From Schaalia odontolytica (GTDB lineage Bacteria; Actinomycetota; Actinomycetes; Actinomycetales; Actinomycetaceae), in contig NZ_CP040006.1 in assembly GCF_005696695.1 (NCBI RefSeq), positions 2,220,001 to 2,252,000 of the forward strand: a stretch of DNA of 32,000 nt, given 5' to 3'. A model generated the notes under the pieces. That model was not told the origin of the DNA. It worked only from the letters and a program-made list of their open reading frames with translations, and ran no database searches. Positions 14,953 through 23,106 of the stretch are shown here, piece by piece. Made by a program: the position numbers and the translations under genes. Numbering within the stretch: the first letter of the stretch is position 1; the number at the start of each line of letters is the position of its first letter.

Positions 14953-15013
14953 TATGAACGAGGCCGTGGCCCCTCGTGCGATGTCCGCACGGCCGACCAC
15001 GGCCTCGTTCATA
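14953..15013 (-). terminator. Large compound hairpin downstream of the whiB/DUF4177 unit
   Basis: The 17-bp arms TATGAACGAGGCCGTGG and CCACGGCCTCGTTCATA enclose a 27-nt loop containing an inner CGTGCG/CGCACG stem. There is no clear T-tract. Confidence 0.45.
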
Positions 15014-15030
15014 CGCAGAGCTGCTGCGCG

Positions 15031-15210
15031 TCAGTTCTGAACGGCGGGTGCTTCCTCAATCGGACGCTTGAGGTAGGCCACCAGGTTCTCAGAACCTGTA
15101 GGACCGGGGATCACCTGGACGAGTTCCCACCCGTCGGCGCCCCACTGGTCGAGGATTGCTTTCGTCGCGTGCGTGAGCAGCGGAATCGTGGAGTATTCCC
15201 ATTTAGTCAT
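15031..15210 (-). CDS. Small conserved protein, DUF4177-like (59 aa), not in the ORF track
   Basis: Hand translation gives MTKWEYSTIPLLTHATKAILDQWGADGWELVQVIPGPTGSENLVAYLKRPIEEAPAVQN. ATG 15210 lies 9 nt after the whiB stop, with AGGA upstream. The stop TGA is at 15031-15033, and GC3 is high. Confidence 0.75.
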   Translation of the reverse strand: MTKWEYSTIPLLTHATKAILDQWGADGWELVQVIPGPTGSENLVAYLKRPIEEAPAVQN

Positions 15211-15219
15211 AGCTCTATC

Positions 15220-15570
15220 CTACCCGCCCGCCAACTGGGGGCGCACGAAGGACAGGACCTTCGGGACGTGGGGGCTGCGGAGCTCGCGGGCGAGGGGCTC
15301 GTCGGAGGTGCGCAACCATTCCAGCCAATTGTCCGCGTGAGGATAGTGGCGCAGAATCGCTCGACGTTCACGTTCCGTCAGTCCGCCCCACACGCCGTAG
15401 TTAGCCTCAGACTCGAGAGCATCGGCGAGACATTCGAGGCGAACCTCGCATTCGTAGCAGCGCATACGAACCTGACGCTGGGAGGCACCCTGCACGAACA
15501 GCACGTCCGGTTCGATGGACGCGCAGAGCGCGCGGGCGACCCAGCTCTGGTCGTCGCCTTGCGTTGACAT
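15220..15570 (-). CDS. whiB: WhiB-family Fe-S transcriptional regulator (WhiB4-like by neighbourhood)
   Basis: The four Cys are arranged C-Xn-C-X2-C-X5-C (ALCAS...RCYECEVRLEC), and the GVWGG turn plus basic tail are present. ATG 15570 has GGAG 7 nt upstream. The gene is divergent from the PBP gene. Confidence 0.9.
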   Translation of the reverse strand: MSTQGDDQSWVARALCASIEPDVLFVQGASQRQVRMRCYECEVRLECLADALESEANYGVWGGLTERERRAILRHYPHADNWLEWLRTSDEPLARELRSPHVPKVLSFVRPQLAGG

Positions 15571-15739
15571 CGTGGAACTCCACTTCACTGTATTTCGAGC
15601 CCTGCCTGTGACCATACACACATGCGTGTGCCGGTGCAAACGCTGCGACCACTGTCGAAGGCACCTCAAGGTGATTCATCAGGCAATTCTCACGCGCCGC
15701 CAAACGCCAGATGAGCGGGCCGACACGTAAGCTAGGAAC

Positions 15740-17860
15740 ATGTCGCACTCTCACTCTCGCGCTGTCCGACCGGCCCAGCTGCTCGCGCTGCTACTGGCGT
15801 TCCTGAGCGTGTCCTCGCTCATGGGCGTCGTCACGGCCGGCATGCTCGTCCCCGTCGCGGGACCCACCGCGCTGGCAGCAAAGTCGGTCCCCTCCGTCTT
15901 CAACGAGCTGCCCGGTGACCTGCAGACCGTGGCCCCGGCCGAGGAGTCGCAGCTCCTCGATTCGTCCGGCGGCGTGATCGCACACTTCTACGACAAGCAG
16001 CGCATCGTGGTGCCCAGCGCCAACATCGCTGACGTTATGAAGAAGGCAATCGTCGCGATCGAAGATAAGCGCTTCTACGAGCACAACGGTGTCGATGCCA
16101 CGGGTATCGCTCGTGCGCTCGTGACGAACCTGGGCGATAGCGGCCGCCAGGGCGCTTCGACGATCACCCAGCAGTACGTGCGTAACTCGCTGGCAGAGCG
16201 CGGCTACCTCGAGGGCGACGCGGACCAGGTGAGCGCAGCGACCGAGCAGACCACTGAGCGCAAGCTGCGCGAAATCAAGTACGCGCTGGCATTGGAGAAG
16301 ACCCAGTCGAAGGACGAAATCCTCACGGGTTACCTCAACATCGCCCCCTTCGGCCCCATCACCTACGGTGTCGAGGCCGCTTCGCAGCGATACTTCTCCA
16401 AGTCCGCGTCGGAGCTGAACTACCTGGAGGCTGCGCTCCTCGCAGGCCTCGTCCAGTCCCCCGTCCAGTATGATCCGCTGACCCACCCGGAAGCCGCTCA
16501 GGAGCGCCGCGACACGGTCCTGGCAACGATGCTTGACCAGGGCGTCATCACGCAGGAAGAGTACGACGAGGGCATCGCAACGTCGGTCGATTCGATGCTG
16601 CACCCGACGGTATCCTCGGAGGGCTGCTCGGGCGCCGACTCCTCGAAGGCATACTTCTGCGACTACGTCCTGTCCCAATTCCTGGAGGACCCGACATTCG
16701 GCGCGACGCGCATCGAGCGCGAGCGCCTGCTCAAGACCCAGGGCATCACGATCCGTACGACGCTGGACACCGCGAAGCAGGACGCAGCCTACGCCTCGTT
16801 GACGAACGCGATCCCCGTGGGCGACGCCTCCGGCCTGAACGACGCGCTCGTGTCGCTGGACCCGCGCACCGGCAAGGTGCTCGCGATGGCCCAGAACACG
16901 ACCTACGGCATCGAGAGCGGCCAGACCATGGCAAACTACTCGGCCGACGGTAACTTCCAGGTGGGCTCGACCTTCAAGGTGTTCACCCTCCTGCAGTGGT
17001 TCAAGGAAGGACACTCGGCCTACGAGACCGTGGGGTCGGCCAACACGTTCTACCCGAACGGCTCCTTCAAGTGCGATGGCCGCTCCATCACCACCGAGGG
17101 CTACCAGGTCAACGACCTCGCGGGTAAGACCGGCACGATGAACGTCGTGCGCGCCACCGGCCAGTCGGTCAACCAGGCGTTCGTGAACATGGCGTCGCGC
17201 GTGGACTTCTGCTCGATCTTCGAGACCGCCTACGACATGGGCATCACAGAGGACGGCGAGGTCCCGGCCCCCTTCCCCGCCAACATCCTCGGCTCCGTGT
17301 CGAGTTCCCCGCTGCACATGGCGTCCGTGTTCGCCACGATCGCGAACTCCGGCCAGCAGTGCAAGCCCCAGTCCATCGAGTCCGTGACCGACCGCGACGA
17401 GAACGTTCTCAAGGAGTTTGCGGCGGACTGCAAAGAGGTCATCTCCCCTGACCTTGCGAACAAGACGGCGGCCCTTCTGACGGCCTCGGCCGGCCAGTAC
17501 TACACGTCGACGCGCCTGGGCGACGGTCGGCCCTTCGCCGCGAAGTCGGGTACCACCGACGGGCACGCGAACACGTGGCTGACGGGCTTCACGCCGTCGC
17601 TCGCGACGTCCGTGTGGGTGGGTCACGGCGACAACTCCTCGCAGGAAGTGTCCGGCGTTGTCATCAACGGCGTCTACCACTCCGAGATCTTCGGTGAGAC
17701 CTACGTCGGCCAGAACATCTGGGCTCCCTACATGACGCAGGCGCTGGCGGGCACTCCGGTCGAGGCCGTGTCGAACGCGAACATCGGCGCGACGACGCCT
17801 CAGCGCGGCGCGACTCCCACTCCCACACCGAGCGCGTCACCCACCAGCAATGACCACTAA
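15740..17860 (+). CDS. ponA: Class A penicillin-binding protein (GT51 transglycosylase + transpeptidase), PonA2-like
   Basis: Transglycosylase motifs are EDKRFYEHNGVD and ITQQYVRN. Transpeptidase motifs are SxxK (GSTFKVF) and KSG(T) (AKSGTTD). It has an N-terminal signal anchor, and AGGAA precedes the ATG. Confidence 0.95.
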   Translation: MSHSHSRAVRPAQLLALLLAFLSVSSLMGVVTAGMLVPVAGPTALAAKSVPSVFNELPGDLQTVAPAEESQLLDSSGGVIAHFYDKQRIVVPSANIADVMKKAIVAIEDKRFYEHNGVDATGIARALVTNLGDSGRQGASTITQQYVRNSLAERGYLEGDADQVSAATEQTTERKLREIKYALALEKTQSKDEILTGYLNIAPFGPITYGVEAASQRYFSKSASELNYLEAALLAGLVQSPVQYDPLTHPEAAQERRDTVLATMLDQGVITQEEYDEGIATSVDSMLHPTVSSEGCSGADSSKAYFCDYVLSQFLEDPTFGATRIERERLLKTQGITIRTTLDTAKQDAAYASLTNAIPVGDASGLNDALVSLDPRTGKVLAMAQNTTYGIESGQTMANYSADGNFQVGSTFKVFTLLQWFKEGHSAYETVGSANTFYPNGSFKCDGRSITTEGYQVNDLAGKTGTMNVVRATGQSVNQAFVNMASRVDFCSIFETAYDMGITEDGEVPAPFPANILGSVSSSPLHMASVFATIANSGQQCKPQSIESVTDRDENVLKEFAADCKEVISPDLANKTAALLTASAGQYYTSTRLGDGRPFAAKSGTTDGHANTWLTGFTPSLATSVWVGHGDNSSQEVSGVVINGVYHSEIFGETYVGQNIWAPYMTQALAGTPVEAVSNANIGATTPQRGATPTPTPSASPTSNDH

Positions 17861-18830
17861 CATCGCGTCTACACTCGCAGGGGCCACGGCCTCGTCCGCT
17901 CGACGAGGCCGTGGCCTCCTGCGCACTGCGGGAGCGGTCGTCGGCGGGCTGGGTCTCGCTGGCCTGGCCGCGGGCGGCGCGGCGCTCGCATGGGGTTCGG
18001 TCGAGCGTACGATGCCGGTGCTGCGCCGCTACGACGTCCCCGTTGAGGGTGACGTTCCCGAGGTAACGATCCTCCAGATCGCGGACCTGCACCTGTTTGC
18101 CGGACAGGATTTTCTCCTGCGTTTCCTATCGGATGTCGCAGCCTCGGAGCGCTTCGACATGGTCGTAGCGACCGGCGACAACTTCGGATCTGTGGATGCA
18201 CTGGACATGGTGATGGACGCGTACCGCCCGTTCCTGTCCTATCCGGGCGCTTTCGTGCTCGGTTCGAACGACTACTACTCACCGATTCCCAAGCGCTGGA
18301 GCCGCTACCTATCACGATCGAAGCCGCACCCCGCACGGGTTGTTCCCGATCTTCCCTACCTGCCGATGGTGCGTCACATGCGTCAGGCCGGCTGGGTCGA
18401 TCTGTCGAATGCTGCCGGCACGATCAGCCTGCCCGCCGGCACGGTGTCCCTGCTTGGCACGGATGACGCTCATATCCACCGGGATCGTGTGGGAGCGCCG
18501 GCCTCGTCATGGGCGGCACCGGGCACCCTGCGTCTGGGCGTCACGCACGCCCCCTACACGCGCGTCGTGTCCGCGCTGACGTCGGCAGGCTCGGACCTGA
18601 TCCTCGCCGGGCACACGCACGGCGGCCAGATCGGCATTCCCGGAGTCGGGGCGATCATCACGAACTGCGACATTTCGCGCCCCTACGCGAAGGGCTTGAA
18701 GCGGTGGGAGGCTCCGGACGGCACTGAAGCGTGGCTGCATGTTTCGGCTGGCCTGGGAACCTCCCCCTACGCAAAGATTCGCATCGCAACGCGTCCCGAG
18801 GCATCTCTGCTGCACGTGCACCCCGCATAG
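17850..18830 (+). CDS. Membrane-anchored metallophosphoesterase (Rv3683-like)
   Basis: Metallophosphoesterase motifs are present: IADLHL, TGDNF, GSNDYY and GHTHGGQI. There is an N-terminal TM segment, and the start overlaps the PBP stop by 11 nt. Confidence 0.85.
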   Translation: MTTNIASTLAGATASSARRGRGLLRTAGAVVGGLGLAGLAAGGAALAWGSVERTMPVLRRYDVPVEGDVPEVTILQIADLHLFAGQDFLLRFLSDVAASERFDMVVATGDNFGSVDALDMVMDAYRPFLSYPGAFVLGSNDYYSPIPKRWSRYLSRSKPHPARVVPDLPYLPMVRHMRQAGWVDLSNAAGTISLPAGTVSLLGTDDAHIHRDRVGAPASSWAAPGTLRLGVTHAPYTRVVSALTSAGSDLILAGHTHGGQIGIPGVGAIITNCDISRPYAKGLKRWEAPDGTEAWLHVSAGLGTSPYAKIRIATRPEASLLHVHPA

Positions 18831-18927
18831 GAGGGAGTCGCGCCACCGGCTGCCGGGCTTTCTGGAGCCCACGCGGCCGGACGACATGCGGCGTGGACCA
18901 CACTTCGAGCGCTCACTCCGTCTCCGT

Positions 18928-18957
18928 TTGGGAATTTCGACGGGGTGAGGCTATACT
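18928..18957 (+). promoter_or_regulatory. Candidate promoter of tRNA-Pro copy 1
   Basis: TTGGGA (18928-18933), an 18-nt spacer and TATACT (18952-18957) end 10 nt before the mature tRNA 5' end. Confidence 0.4.
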
Positions 18958-18967
18958 CGAACGGCAC

Positions 18968-19041
<74 letters not shown>

Positions 19042-19047
19042 CCGGTA

Positions 19048-19081
19048 GTCGCCGGGACCGAAAGGTCCCGGCGACTTTTGT
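19048..19081 (+). terminator. Intrinsic terminator after tRNA-Pro copy 1
   Basis: GTCGCCGGGACC-GAAA-GGTCCCGGCGAC forms a 12-bp stem followed by TTTTGT. Confidence 0.8.
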
Positions 19082-19180
19082 ATAGGCGCTATGCTCAGAA
19101 TCACTGACCAATGGGTCGAAAGAGCATAATCGCCCATTAGACTGAGGTCGTACCCATCACTCACTTTGAGGAGAATCTTT

Positions 19181-19699
19181 ATGAAGCGTCGTCTTGCAGC
19201 AGCTCTGCTCATCGTCACGCTCCCCCTGGGCATGGCAGCATGCCACGGCACGAAGTCCCGCAAGGCCACTCCGAGCACCCCGGCGCCCGCGGCGACCGCC
19301 AGCGCTGATCCGACGCAGGCCCCCGGTCCGACCCAGGCCCCCGCCGCCACGCAGGCCCCCGGCAACTCCAGCCAGTCCGTCGACCAGGCTTGCGGCCTGA
19401 TCACGGACCAGATGAAGACTTTTACCACGAGCTTCGACAGCGTCAATGACGAGGTGAAGCAGAAAGCAATCGTTGACACCACCATCGAGACGCTCAACTC
19501 GCCGAAGATCACCAACCCTGAGGTCAAGCAGGCTTCCAGCAACGTGGCCACTGTCCTGACGGACATCCTGGCCTACGGCAAGAAGTACGAGTCGAACCCG
19601 AGCGCTGCCGATCAGAACGAGGCCAACGAGCTCATCGCGCGCCTCGGCACCTCGCTACTCTCGCTGAACGACCTCTGCCCCGGGATTGTGGAGAAGTGA
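19181..19699 (+). CDS. Small secreted lipoprotein, family member A
   Basis: GAGGAG lies 8 nt upstream of ATG 19181. The lipobox is LPLGMAAC. A TQAP x3 linker is followed by a helical domain with Cys at QACG and LCPG and the motif KITNPEVKQ. Confidence 0.8.
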   Translation: MKRRLAAALLIVTLPLGMAACHGTKSRKATPSTPAPAATASADPTQAPGPTQAPAATQAPGNSSQSVDQACGLITDQMKTFTTSFDSVNDEVKQKAIVDTTIETLNSPKITNPEVKQASSNVATVLTDILAYGKKYESNPSAADQNEANELIARLGTSLLSLNDLCPGIVEK

Positions 19700-19736
19700 C
19701 GCACACCTACGTCATCTCACCGATCAGGTAGTAGAT

Positions 19737-19765
19737 GGAGGGGCGGCCCATCGGGCCGCCCCTCC
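19737..19765. terminator. GC hairpin copy 1 between convergent lipoprotein genes A and B
   Basis: GGAGGGGCGGCCC-ATC-GGGCCGCCCCTCC forms a 13-bp perfect stem. No T-tract is present on either side. Confidence 0.6.
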
Positions 19766-19791
19766 AACGCTATGTTCGACTCAGTGACTAA

Positions 19792-20205
19792 TCAGTGCTG
19801 GTATCCGCACTTGTTGAACAGTTCCGTCTGCTTCGCGCTGAGATCCTCCATAATCTTCTGGTATTCCTCGAGCTTCTGGACGTCCATGCTCATCGGATCC
19901 GCCTTCAGAACACCCGAGTTGTCAGCAGCGGCACGCCATCCAGCAGCGACCTGATCGACGGACTCTTTAATCTCCTTGTTGGTGATCTTCTTAGAGGCCT
20001 CTTCGTAGGTGGTGGCAAACGTGGTGTAGGTGTCGGCGATGTTGGCAGCGTCACCATTCTGTGCTGAATTCACGAGGGCGAGGCCCGCGTCATTGAGAGG
20101 CTTCTCGAGCAGCTTGCAGGCGTCAGCCTTCGACTGGGACCCACACGCGGCCATGCCGAGAGGGAGAAGGGTCACGAGGATCGCGGCGGCGATGCGGCGC
20201 TTCAT
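19792..20205 (-). CDS. Small secreted lipoprotein, family member B
   Basis: AGGAG lies 7 nt upstream of ATG 20205. The lipobox is LPLGMAAC. Cys residues occur at DACK and KCGY, and the motif KITNKEIKE is present. Confidence 0.8.
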   Translation of the reverse strand: MKRRIAAAILVTLLPLGMAACGSQSKADACKLLEKPLNDAGLALVNSAQNGDAANIADTYTTFATTYEEASKKITNKEIKESVDQVAAGWRAAADNSGVLKADPMSMDVQKLEEYQKIMEDLSAKQTELFNKCGYQH

Positions 20206-20470
20206 ATGTTTGCTCCTTGATGTGTTGATGATGGATGCTCTTCGAGCCTATCGACCTACGAGAGCCTGACTCAACGGTCAGAGCGTGCCTCTGCTCACAC
20301 ATCGAAAGGCCATAAATATCGACACACACGAACGGTGACCACGGATGACCAACAGCCATCATAATTACCCTCTCAAATTGAGCAAGAGTGCCGACTCGCG
20401 ACCTCCGTCGACGATCTCACCAACCTGTGCAGCGTGGACAAGTAAGCAACCACTGACTCATGGCAACGCA

Positions 20471-20499
20471 GGAGGGGCGGCCCGACGGGCCGCCCCTCC
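20471..20499. repeat. GC hairpin copy 2 (same stem, loop GAC)
   Basis: The sequence is GGAGGGGCGGCCC-GAC-GGGCCGCCCCTCC. It lies between the symporter relic and the upstream region of lipoprotein B. Confidence 0.6.
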
Positions 20500-20564
20500 T
20501 CGCTGTCTAATCGACCGATAACCGGTGCTGGGGATCAGCGCCCCCGCGCCCCGACCTCGTCGAT

Positions 20565-20666
20565 TCAGGCCGCTCCGCCGTTCTTCCAGCGACGGAAGAA
20601 CATGGCAAGCAGCGCGCCGGAGAGGTTGTGCCACACAGAGAACACAGCCGCCGGGAGCGCGGTCTC
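20565..20666 (-). pseudogene. 3'-terminal relic (33 codons + stop) of the BASS symporter gene
   Basis: It encodes ...TPETALPAAVFSVWHNLSGALLAMFFRRWKNGGAA*. The intact gene end (21902-22003) encodes ...TPETALPAAVFSVWHNLSGALLAMFFRRWKNGGQA*. The relic stops abruptly at the 5' end of tRNA-Pro copy 2. Confidence 0.85.
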
Positions 20667-20740
<74 letters not shown>

Positions 20741-20746
20741 CCGGTA

Positions 20747-20780
20747 GTCGCCGGGACCGTTTGGTCCCGGCGACTTTTGT
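20747..20780 (+). terminator. Intrinsic terminator after tRNA-Pro copy 2
   Basis: The 12-bp stem is the same as after copy 1, with loop GTTT instead of GAAA, followed by TTTTGT. Confidence 0.8.
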
Positions 20781-20879
20781 ATAGGCGCTATGCTCAGAAT
20801 CACTGACCAATGGGTCGAAAGAGCGCGATCGCCCATTAGACTGAGGTCGTACCCATCACTCACTTTGAGGAGAATCTTT

Positions 20880-21365
20880 ATGAAGCGTCGTCTTGCAGCA
20901 GCTCTGCTCATCATCACGCTCCCCCTGGGCATGGCAGCATGCCACGGCACGAAGTCCCGCGAGGCCACCCCGAGCACCCCGGCACCCGCCGCAACCGCCA
21001 ACGCCAACCCGTCGCAGGCCCCCGGCGCTTCCAACCAGTCCGTCGACGAGGCCTGCGGCGTTGTGCAGACCCAGATGAAGCCATACATCGACGCCGGCAA
21101 CAACGACTCCAGCAACACCGCGCAGCAACTGATAGCTGCTGAATCCACCATCAACGGCCTGAATTCTGCGCAGATCGGCAACCCCGACGTGAAGCAGGCG
21201 GCCAGCAAGTTTGCCGCGGCCCTCACGGATGGGATTAACTTCAGCAAGAAGTACGGGCCAAACCCGCCTGCCGCCAACCAGCAAGAGTATAAGCGATTGG
21301 TGCAGAACCTGATCGACTCCGTGGCCTCTCTGCAAAAGCTGTGCCCCAGCATCCAGTTGTACTGA
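20880..21365 (+). CDS. Small secreted lipoprotein, family member A'
   Basis: It has the same RBS and signal peptide as A (MKRRLAAALLIITLPLGMAAC). Cys residues occur at EACG and LCPS, and the motif is QIGNPDVKQ. The track start at 20790 is upstream of the conserved RBS. Confidence 0.8.
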   Translation: MKRRLAAALLIITLPLGMAACHGTKSREATPSTPAPAATANANPSQAPGASNQSVDEACGVVQTQMKPYIDAGNNDSSNTAQQLIAAESTINGLNSAQIGNPDVKQAASKFAAALTDGINFSKKYGPNPPAANQQEYKRLVQNLIDSVASLQKLCPSIQLY

Positions 21366-21403
21366 CGCTCGCCTGAACATTCATTCATCGATCACGTAGT
21401 GTT

Positions 21404-21432
21404 GGAGGGGCGGCCCGATGGGCCGCCCCTCC
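21404..21432. terminator. GC hairpin copy 3 between convergent lipoprotein genes A' and B'
   Basis: The sequence is GGAGGGGCGGCCC-GAT-GGGCCGCCCCTCC. Its left flank (ATCACGTAGTGTT) resembles that of copy 1 (ATCAGGTAGTAGAT). Confidence 0.6.
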
Positions 21433-21476
21433 TCACTCAACGCCCGCACGCGGGCACATACATCTGATGTTGCTCG

Positions 21477-21842
21477 TCAGCGCGCGTTGCACACCGTCTC
21501 AAGCGACGACATTGACGTCGCGAGGTTCGTGTACAGATCCATAGCCTCAGTCATCTGCTCTTGCGAAGGTTCGTCTCCCACCGTCTTGGCGAAATCAGCG
21601 AGAGCCTGAGCACTATCGCCCGCAGCCACCGCAGCAGCCTTCACTTCCGAGTTGGTAATCTCGTCAGACTTCAGGACAGTCGCAACGCTGCTCATACCCT
21701 GGACCATGTCTTCCGTGTTGCTCGGATCAAGGCCATCAATTGCCTTGACGGCCTTGTCATTGATGATCTGACAGGCAGCCTGCTTGGACTGCCCACCACA
21801 GGCGGCCAGGCTCAGGGGCAGCAGTGCAACGAGGCTCGTCAT
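21477..21842 (-). CDS. Small secreted lipoprotein, family member B'
   Basis: The lipobox is LPLSLAAC. Cys residues occur at AACQ and VCNA, and the motif EITNSEVKA is present. I checked the frame codon by codon against the sequence. Confidence 0.8.
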   Translation of the reverse strand: MTSLVALLPLSLAACGGQSKQAACQIINDKAVKAIDGLDPSNTEDMVQGMSSVATVLKSDEITNSEVKAAAVAAGDSAQALADFAKTVGDEPSQEQMTEAMDLYTNLATSMSSLETVCNAR

Positions 21843-21901
21843 CTACTCAGTTGAGAACCGGACGCGGGGACCAGTGCTCGTCCCGCCCCGGCCTCGTCTA
21901 T

Positions 21902-22900
21902 TTAGGCCTGTCCGCCGTTCTTCCAGCGACGGAAGAACATGGCCAGCAGCGCGCCGGACAGGTTATGCCACACGGAGAACACAGCTGCCGGGAGCGCGGT
22001 CTCCGGGGTGGAGGCGAAGTGGGTCTTCGCCAGCGTCGCGGCCAGCGCCGAATTCTGCATGCCGACCTCGATTGCGGTCGTGCGCGCCGCCTTGTCGGAG
22101 CCACGGCCGACGCGTCCGGCCAGGTAGCCGAAAAGGTAGCCCAGGAGGTTGTGGCAGATGACAACCGCAATGATGAGAGCGCCAGACGTCAGGATCTTGT
22201 TAACCGAGCCAGACACGACGACCAGCAGCACGTAGCAGATACCGAACACGGAAATCCAGGGGAGAAGCGGCAGGATCTTCTCCACGAACTTGCCAGCGAC
22301 GAAGCGCACGATGAAGCCGCCCAGGACGGGGGCGAGAACCATCAGCAGGATGTTCTTCGCCATCGCCGCGCCATCCACCGGCATGCGATTACCCACCAGC
22401 CAGGCGGTGAGCAGCGGCGTCATGAGGGGTGCGAGCAGCGTCGAGATCGAGGTCATGGTGACCGACAGCGCGACGTCAGCCTTCGCCAGGTAGGAGATCA
22501 CGTTCGAGGCCGTACCACCGGGCGCACAGCCGACGAGGATGACGCCGACCGCGACCGCGTCGGGCAGACCAAACACGTAGCACAGGGCCCAACCGACGAG
22601 GGGCATGATCAGGTACTGGGCGACAACACCCACGAGCACGGGCAGCGGACGCTTGACGATAAGCCCAAAGTCGGGCAGCGTCAGGGTCAGGCCCATGCCG
22701 AACATGATGACACCGAGCGCCCAGTTAACGCCGGGGGCCAGCGGCTTGAAGGTGTCGGGCGTGATCATAGCGATCGCGAAGGCCGCCAGGATCAGCAGCG
22801 GGAAGACCGTGACGGCGATGCGCGCACTTCGGTCTTCGGAGGAAAGGACGGGGGATTGAGTTGTAACTGCGTCTGATGTGGACATGCCACCATATTTCAC
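21902..22900 (-). CDS. Bile acid:sodium symporter (BASS/SBF) family transporter
   Basis: The polytopic 332-aa protein carries BASS-like segments (GLTLTLPDF, GVILVGCAPGGTASNV, AIEVGMQNSALA). The start is GTG 22900 or ATG 22885. Confidence 0.85.
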   Translation of the reverse strand: MKYGGMSTSDAVTTQSPVLSSEDRSARIAVTVFPLLILAAFAIAMITPDTFKPLAPGVNWALGVIMFGMGLTLTLPDFGLIVKRPLPVLVGVVAQYLIMPLVGWALCYVFGLPDAVAVGVILVGCAPGGTASNVISYLAKADVALSVTMTSISTLLAPLMTPLLTAWLVGNRMPVDGAAMAKNILLMVLAPVLGGFIVRFVAGKFVEKILPLLPWISVFGICYVLLVVVSGSVNKILTSGALIIAVVICHNLLGYLFGYLAGRVGRGSDKAARTTAIEVGMQNSALAATLAKTHFASTPETALPAAVFSVWHNLSGALLAMFFRRWKNGGQA

Positions 22901-23106
22901 CGCTCGTTGTATTTTTCCCGCTTCAGTCTCACGTTATGACCCTCCCAGTATTGAGCCTCACAGGAGTACTTCACTAAGCTAAGGCTATGCACAGTGCAGC
23001 GCCGCAGACTCACTCAACGCCCGAACGCACCGCGGAGAGCTCCCCCAACCGCCCATCGGGGCGCCTCCAGGGGTGCCCGAAGCCGCGCCACCACAACAAT
23101 CCCCGC

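Noticed and set aside
15791-17680. 629-aa minus-strand ORF opposite the PBP gene
   Set aside because: The plus frame has all GT51 and transpeptidase motifs. The minus translation is Arg/Gly/Val-rich with no motifs.
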